In this document: positions 58,769 to 64,000 of the stretch, piece by piece
Layout of the letters: every line of letters starts with the position of its first letter
Position numbering within the stretch: position 1 is the stretch's first letter
Source: an uncultured delta proteobacterium
GTDB taxonomy: Bacteria; Myxococcota; Myxococcia; Myxococcales; Myxococcaceae
NCBI GenBank assembly: GCA_963713045.1
Contig: CAVQKE010000003.1
Span: 608,001-672,000, forward strand
DNA: 64,000 bases
Direction: 5' to 3'
The notes under the pieces: generated by a model
Databases searched by the model: none
What the model saw: the letters and a program-made list of their open reading frames with translations, nothing else
Told to the model about the DNA's origin: nothing
Program-made: the position numbers and the translations under genes

Positions 58769-59848
58769 CTAGCGGGCCCGCCCGTGGGCGTCCATGCTTT
58801 TCAGAGCCCGAGCACAAGCGTACACCGCCCGGCGCACCAGCACCTCTGCAGAAGGGTGGCGAGGTAACCAGGCGAGCAAGCCAGGTGCCGCCCGGTAGTA
58901 GGCGCGCACCAGCCACCGCCCGGGCAGCCACTGCAAGAGGACGCCGTCTCGGAAGGCGCGGAAGTGCAGCAGCTCGGGGGCCCCGGCACCATAGACGTGG
59001 GTGGCCAGGTAGCAGGGGCCGCTGCGCGTCACCCACAAGGTGTGCCCGGTGGAGAGGTTGGTGACACCCCGCAGCTCGCGTTCGGCGGTGTAGAGGAAGG
59101 CGAGGAGGTCCCCGCGCAGCACCGAGAGGAGGTCCGTCCCGTCGTCGTCGAATTCCACCCTGGAGAGGCCCCCGCCGAGGGCCTCGACGCGAAACCCGTA
59201 CCGGCGTCCGCCGGGCGTCCGCTCGGCGCTCAACTCGCGCGCCTCGGCGAGGTAGGCGACGTAGGGCTGTCCGCAGCGGGGGCAGGTGCGCCGGTGGACG
59301 GCATAGGTGGGGGACAGCTGGACTTCCTCCACCCGGCGGCACGCCCATTGGGGGCAAGCCAAACGGACCCGGAGGGATGGCGCAGGCCGCGGGTCAAACC
59401 GCGAGGCCCCGGTGCCGGCGTCCCACACCGGCAACTCGACGTCCTCCTCCCGGACGAAGGCTCGGCGCGCAGCGCGCGCCTTGCGCTCAAGGGCTGAGGC
59501 ACGGGCCCAGGCCGCCTCGGCCCGTTCAAGTTGCCCCTCGGTGACCAGGCAGAGGGACTCGAGGTGGGCCTCCAAGGCTTGCGTCAGCGTGGTGTCCGCC
59601 GCCGAAGCCACCCCGGCTTGAAGCAGCGCCCACCCGCGGGCCAACAGCCCCTCCCCATCCGGCAGAAGCGCGGCGGCGCGGGCCCGCGACGGGTCCTGAG
59701 CCCGGCGGTACAGCGGCGGCTCCGGCACCCGGGCCACCCACTCGGCGCAGTCCGCCCGGTAGCGCTCGAGCGCGGCGTCACCAGGGGGCGGGGGGCCCAG
59801 GGCCCGGGAACGGGCCAATACCGAGGTGAAGAGCTCCTGCGGCTGCAC
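58769..59848 (-). CDS. Zinc-ribbon protein with CFI-box-CTERM-like tail
   Basis: CP..C...CPRC; CYLATHVYG....L..FR.FRD..L....GR.LV..YYR. Confidence 0.75.
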   Translation of the reverse strand: MQPQELFTSVLARSRALGPPPPGDAALERYRADCAEWVARVPEPPLYRRAQDPSRARAAALLPDGEGLLARGWALLQAGVASAADTTLTQALEAHLESLCLVTEGQLERAEAAWARASALERKARAARRAFVREEDVELPVWDAGTGASRFDPRPAPSLRVRLACPQWACRRVEEVQLSPTYAVHRRTCPRCGQPYVAYLAEARELSAERTPGGRRYGFRVEALGGGLSRVEFDDDGTDLLSVLRGDLLAFLYTAERELRGVTNLSTGHTLWVTRSGPCYLATHVYGAGAPELLHFRAFRDGVLLQWLPGRWLVRAYYRAAPGLLAWLPRHPSAEVLVRRAVYACARALKSMDAHGRAR

Positions 59849-59956
59849 TCAGCCCCTTCCATAGCGGCTTGGGCGGCGCCCTGTCACCCCGCAACCCCTT
59901 GGGGAAACTTGTGTAAGCCTAAGGAGTCGATGTAGGTTCAGGTCGGAGGAGAGGGC

Positions 59957-60223
59957 ATGGGACCGCTGAGAAGGCTGGGCTGGGCCGTTGCCTGGGTGGC
60001 GCTCGGGGCAGTGCTGGCCACCGCCCAAGTGGCGGGGAAAACGCCGCTGCAGCACCTTGGCACGGCAGTCACCGGCCCGGTGTGGCATGGGCTGAAAGCC
60101 AACTTGGAGGCGGCGTATGAAAAGGCCAAGCTGCTGGTGGCCAGTCAACCCGTTGAGCATCACTCGCCTGAGGACCGCGAGGCGCTCAACAAACTCATCG
60201 CCAAGCGCGCGCCAGCGCCGTGA
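59957..60223 (+). CDS. Small hypothetical membrane protein
   Basis: RBS GGAGAGAGG; TM; GKTP..H..EHHS.EDR.AL..LI. Confidence 0.7.
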   Translation: MGPLRRLGWAVAWVALGAVLATAQVAGKTPLQHLGTAVTGPVWHGLKANLEAAYEKAKLLVASQPVEHHSPEDREALNKLIAKRAPAP

Positions 60224-60255
60224 ATTGACGCCCTTCTAGCAAGCCCCAGCGGGGG

Positions 60256-60987
60256 CTATTGCTGTGGCTCTCCGGTGACGGCGCGCGCCAATTGCTTAAA
60301 CGCCGCGGCCCACAACTCTGCCTCGCGCTGGGCGAGGCCGCCGCGTTCCAATGTGCGCAACATCTCCTCCAGCACCGCCTCCGGATTCTGGGTATTGAGG
60401 GCATCGGCCGCCAGCAGCGCGCGGCGCATGCGCCCGCGCAGCACCTCCAGAAGGGCCCGAGGAGCACCGGGCTCCGCCGCCGGCGGGGCAACGCCGGCGC
60501 CATCCGCGCGGGCCACCAGGTAAAGCAGCACCGCCGCCGAGGCGGCGAGATTCATCGACGGCTGCACCGCCCCCGTCGGAATGACGGCCACGTCCTGGCA
60601 GAGGGCCAGTTCTGCGTCGGAGAGGCCCCGCTTTTCGCCGCCCAGCACCAGCGCCACTGGCCCGCGGGCGGCCGCCTCGACCAGTCGGGCAACGGCTGTC
60701 TCCGGGTCCAGACCGACACGCCTCTCGAGTTTTTGACGGGAGGACGTCCCGAGGACGTACACGCAGCTGGCCACAGCGTCGCGAAGTCCGGACGCGACGC
60801 GCACCCCGCCCAGGATGTGCCCGGCGCGCACGCCCAGTTTTCCAGCCTGCGCGAGGTCTTCCGTCTCGGGTGCCGAAAGCCACAGGCTGGTGACGTCAAA
60901 GTTGGCCATGGCCCGGGCCACGGCGCCTAGGTTGTCCGGTGACTGGACTTGGTGCAGCACCACCCGAAGTGCGTCGCGGCGCGACAT
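60256..60987 (-). CDS. SPOUT RNA methyltransferase (TrmJ/TrmH family)
   Basis: P.NLGAVARAMANF, ALV.G.E..GLS..EL..C, IPT...PSMNLA. Confidence 0.9.
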   Translation of the reverse strand: MSRRDALRVVLHQVQSPDNLGAVARAMANFDVTSLWLSAPETEDLAQAGKLGVRAGHILGGVRVASGLRDAVASCVYVLGTSSRQKLERRVGLDPETAVARLVEAAARGPVALVLGGEKRGLSDAELALCQDVAVIPTGAVQPSMNLAASAAVLLYLVARADGAGVAPPAAEPGAPRALLEVLRGRMRRALLAADALNTQNPEAVLEEMLRTLERGGLAQREAELWAAAFKQLARAVTGEPQQ

Positions 60988-61075
60988 GGTGTGTCCAGCA
61001 GGGAGCAACCCGGCAAACGGGGACTTTACTTTCCCCCCGCTGGGACGGGTTGGTACATTGAAGCGTTCCGTCGAA

Positions 61076-61627
61076 ATGCGCCCCCGTCTCCTCAGCCTTG
61101 CCCTGCTTGGCCTCACCGCCGCTGCCTGCGGTGACGTGCCCTCGCCGGTCCGCAGCCAGACGGCCCGCGCGGCGCTCCTCCAGAGCCCGGAGCAAGTCGA
61201 GCTGTTGCCGCTGTCGGCCCGGCAGGACTTGATTCGCGCGGTGGTACGCGAAAGTGCGCAGGAGCAACCCGGCGGCGATGGGGTACTGGCGCTGTTTCCC
61301 TTCGTCCAGAATGGGGAGCTGCGGGCCGCGCCGGCGCTGGATGGCCGTGCGGACTTATTCGAGGTTCCCGACGCCGGGGAGCCGGCCGCTTTCGTCCTGG
61401 AAGAGGAGCGCTGGTCCACTGAACGACGCGACAGCCTCCAGGGCCTGTCCGAGCAGGAGGCCGCCGAGTTGGTGGCGCGCTCGCTGGCCGCGCGCTGGAA
61501 CCTCCACCCCCGCGGCTCGCTCCGGGTGGACCGTGCGGACGGGGTGCCGTACGCCGCGGCCTACACCGACGGGGTGCTCCGGCTGAACCCGGTGCTGCTG
61601 TACCTGGTCGCCTCCAACATCCGCTAG
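61076..61627 (+). CDS. Hypothetical lipoprotein
   Basis: MRPRLLSLALLGLTAAA|C lipobox. Confidence 0.7.
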   Translation: MRPRLLSLALLGLTAAACGDVPSPVRSQTARAALLQSPEQVELLPLSARQDLIRAVVRESAQEQPGGDGVLALFPFVQNGELRAAPALDGRADLFEVPDAGEPAAFVLEEERWSTERRDSLQGLSEQEAAELVARSLAARWNLHPRGSLRVDRADGVPYAAAYTDGVLRLNPVLLYLVASNIR

Positions 61628-61683
61628 CCCCGGCCGCCGGGGCGCGACTGACCGAGGCGCAGCGGCGTGGTAGGAGGCCCTCC

Positions 61684-62640
61684 ATGTCCGACCCGGCCCT
61701 CCGCGCCCAGCTCGACTTCACCCTGTCCGAGACGCGCTTCGACGCGCTCGGGACGCGCTACCGCGGCAAGGTGCGGGACGTCTACCGCAAGGATGACCGC
61801 CTCTTCCTCATCGCCACGGACCGTCTCTCCGCCTTTGACAAGGTGCTGACCACCATCCCCTTCAAGGGGGAGGTGCTCAACCGGCTGGCCTGCTTCTGGT
61901 TTGAGAAGACGGCCCACGTGGTGAAAAACCACGTCCTGGACGTTCCCGACGGGAACGTCACCGTGGCGCGGGCCACCCACCCCTTTGCGATTGAAGTCGT
62001 CGTCCGGGGCTACCTCACCGGCAGCCTGTGGAGAGAGGTGGAGAGGGGTGAGCGCCGCCTCTATGGCGTGCCCATTGCCGAGGGCATGGGCAAGGACTTG
62101 GCCTTCCCAGCTCCGATTCTCACGCCAACCACCAAGGCCGCGCCCGGCGAGCACGACGCGCCCTTGACTGAGGCCGACATCCTCGCGCGGGGCCTGGCCA
62201 CCGCCAAGGAGTGGGGCGCCATTCAAGAGATGTCCCTGGCCCTCTTTCGGGAGGGACAGGCGTGGGCGCGCAGCCGCGGGCTGCTCCTGGTGGACACCAA
62301 GTATGAATTTGGAAAGGTGGGCTCCACCCTCTACCTGATTGATGAAATCCACACCCCCGACAGCTCCCGCTACTGGAGGGCGTCGGAGTACGAGAGGCGG
62401 CTCAAGGCCGGGGAGGACCAGGCCATGCTCGACAAGGAAACCGTCCGCCAGTGGCTCATCCGCGAGAAGGGCTTTTCCGGACATGGGCCGTTGCCCCTCA
62501 TCCCGGAGGAGGTCCGCCTTCGGACGGCAGAGACCTACCTCACCGCCTACCAGGAGATTACGGGCACTCCGCTTCGCCTGGTGGTGGGCGCTGTCGACGA
62601 GCGAATCCAAAAAAACCTCACCACCCATGGGTACTTGTAG
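61684..62640 (+). CDS. purC: Phosphoribosylaminoimidazolesuccinocarboxamide (SAICAR) synthase
   Basis: RGKVRDVY, TDRLSAFD, EVVVRGYLTGS, TPTTKA, VDTKYEFG, DEIHTPDSSRYW. Confidence 0.96.
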   Translation: MSDPALRAQLDFTLSETRFDALGTRYRGKVRDVYRKDDRLFLIATDRLSAFDKVLTTIPFKGEVLNRLACFWFEKTAHVVKNHVLDVPDGNVTVARATHPFAIEVVVRGYLTGSLWREVERGERRLYGVPIAEGMGKDLAFPAPILTPTTKAAPGEHDAPLTEADILARGLATAKEWGAIQEMSLALFREGQAWARSRGLLLVDTKYEFGKVGSTLYLIDEIHTPDSSRYWRASEYERRLKAGEDQAMLDKETVRQWLIREKGFSGHGPLPLIPEEVRLRTAETYLTAYQEITGTPLRLVVGAVDERIQKNLTTHGYL

Positions 62641-62777
62641 CCGGGTGGTGGGTCGGCGCGGCCGGCCCCAGTCCGCGCCGACCCCAGGGCGCGGCTCTGG
62701 CGGAGGGTGCTGAGGGGCCGCGTCGAGTAATTCCAAAAACTTGCGAGTTGGCGCGGCGCCTGCATCGTAGCGTTTAC

Positions 62778-62927
62778 GTGCGCGGCGTCATCACCAACCG
62801 AGAAGTGCTGCAGAACCTCGGACTCATCTACCGCGAGTTCGGCGTCGGCTGCTTGGCCCGGTGCCTGTGGGTGGTGATGACACGTAAGTCGACCACCTTC
62901 CTCGAGGTGGTGTTGCCGCACCGCTAA
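62778..62927 (+). CDS. Small hypothetical protein (49 aa)
   Basis: VRGVITNREVLQNLGLIYREFG..C..RC....TTFLEVV; coding-like codon bias. Confidence 0.5.
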   Translation: MRGVITNREVLQNLGLIYREFGVGCLARCLWVVMTRKSTTFLEVVLPHR

Positions 62928-62953
62928 ATCCCCCACCCCGCTTGGCCCCGCTG

Positions 62954-64000
62954 TCAGCTGTGGCCGAAGACGCGCGTGAAAATCTCATCCACGTGCCGGA
63001 GGTAATAGTCCGGCGAGAAGCACGCCTCGACGTCCTCCGGGGAGAGCACGCGCGTCAGCTCGGGGTCGGCGAGGAGAGCCGTCTTGAAGTCGACCGCTTC
63101 CTCGTAGGTGCGCATCGCGGCGCGCTGGACGATGGCGTAGGCCTTCTGCCGGTCGAAGCCGCGCCGCGCCAATTCGAGAAGGAGGCGCTGGCTATTCACC
63201 ACCCCGCCGAGCATCTCTAAGTTAGCCCGCATGCGCTCGGGGTAGACGCGCAGGGCGTCCACCAGCCCGGTGAAGCGGAAAAGCATGAAGTCGAGCAAGG
63301 TGGTGGCGTCTGGACCCACCATCCGTTCCACCGAAGAGTGGGAAATGTCCCGCTCGTGCCACAATGCGACGTCCTCCAGAGCCGCCAGCGAGTAGCCCCG
63401 CAGCATGCGCGCCAGTCCGCTCAAGTTTTCCGAGAGGATGGGATTGCGCTTGTGGGGCATGGATGAACTGCCCTTCTGCCCGACGGTAAAGGGCTCCTCC
63501 ACCTCCCGCACCTCGGTCCGCTGCAGGTGGCGGATTTCGGTGGCGAACTTCTCCAGCGAGCTGCTCAAGAGGGCCAGCACCTGGAAGTACTCGGCGTGCC
63601 GGTCGCGCGAAATAATCTGGCTTGACGCCGCCGCCGGCTGGAGGCCGAGGACGAGACAGGCGTGCTCCTCCACCAAGGGGGGCAGGTGGGCAAAGGTCCC
63701 CACGGCACCGGAGATTTTGCCCACGGCGATGGTCTTCCGGGCGTGCAACAGCCGCTCCCGGCCCCGGCGCAGCTCGTCGTACCAGAGGGCCAGCTTCTGG
63801 CCGAAGGACATGGGCTCGGCGTGGATGCCGTGGCTGCGGCCCATCATCACCGTGCGCTTGTGCTCAAAGGCCCGGCGCTCCACCGCGGCCATCGCTCCGT
63901 CCACGTCTTGCAGGAGGAGGTCCGCCGCGTCGCGAAGCACCAAGCCGAGGGCCGTGTCCAAGACGTCCGAGGACGTCATTCCAAAATGAAGCCACCGGGC
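62954..64000 (-). CDS. purB: Adenylosuccinate lyase (5' end outside window)
   Basis: GRSHGIHAEP, SGAVGT, GSSSMPHKRNP signature, HERDISHSS.ER. Confidence 0.96.
   Translation of the reverse strand, partial: ARWLHFGMTSSDVLDTALGLVLRDAADLLLQDVDGAMAAVERRAFEHKRTVMMGRSHGIHAEPMSFGQKLALWYDELRRGRERLLHARKTIAVGKISGAVGTFAHLPPLVEEHACLVLGLQPAAASSQIISRDRHAEYFQVLALLSSSLEKFATEIRHLQRTEVREVEEPFTVGQKGSSSMPHKRNPILSENLSGLARMLRGYSLAALEDVALWHERDISHSSVERMVGPDATTLLDFMLFRFTGLVDALRVYPERMRANLEMLGGVVNSQRLLLELARRGFDRQKAYAIVQRAAMRTYEEAVDFKTALLADPELTRVLSPEDVEACFSPDYYLRHVDEIFTRVFGHS

Noticed and set aside
64..63989. Many long antisense or alternate-frame ORFs (e.g. 3901-5604, 8961-10262, 37701-38921, 61624-62736)
   Set aside because: Shadow ORFs expected at high GC; they overlap well-supported genes and are Arg/Pro/Ala-rich with no motifs.

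Overview
GC-rich bacterial window, most likely Myxococcota: the tmRNA tag reads ANDNVELALAA and there is a Myxococcus PilA-like pilin. The left part (1-32 kb) holds an RND efflux pair, a DUF4388-TM-periplasmic-binding-protein receptor, and a secreted PIG-L deacetylase plus Na+/solute symporter divergent from bacillithiol genes bshC-bshA. It also holds a selenocysteine formate dehydrogenase operon (in-frame TGA at 13062 with a SECIS-like hairpin; its N-terminal Fe-S part is split off as the last gene), peptide and amino-acid catabolism genes, a DEGS-like desaturase and an ECF/anti-sigma pair. The right end (56.4-64 kb) is core-like: OmpA, TlpA, TrmJ-like, purC, purB. tmRNA (ssrA) lies on the minus strand at 55964-56324. 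The ~17 kb downstream of it (39.3-56 kb) is a mosaic of small unrelated genes punctuated by about ten co-oriented, degenerate copies of a ~130-bp element made of the tmRNA 3' end (T-loop/acceptor stem) plus a conserved flanking arm. No integrase is visible in the window. One ~430-bp unit is duplicated together with its tmRNA-like end. This looks like an integron-like gene-cassette array anchored at ssrA and is the top finding. All product calls come from motif recognition by eye; no database searches were run.
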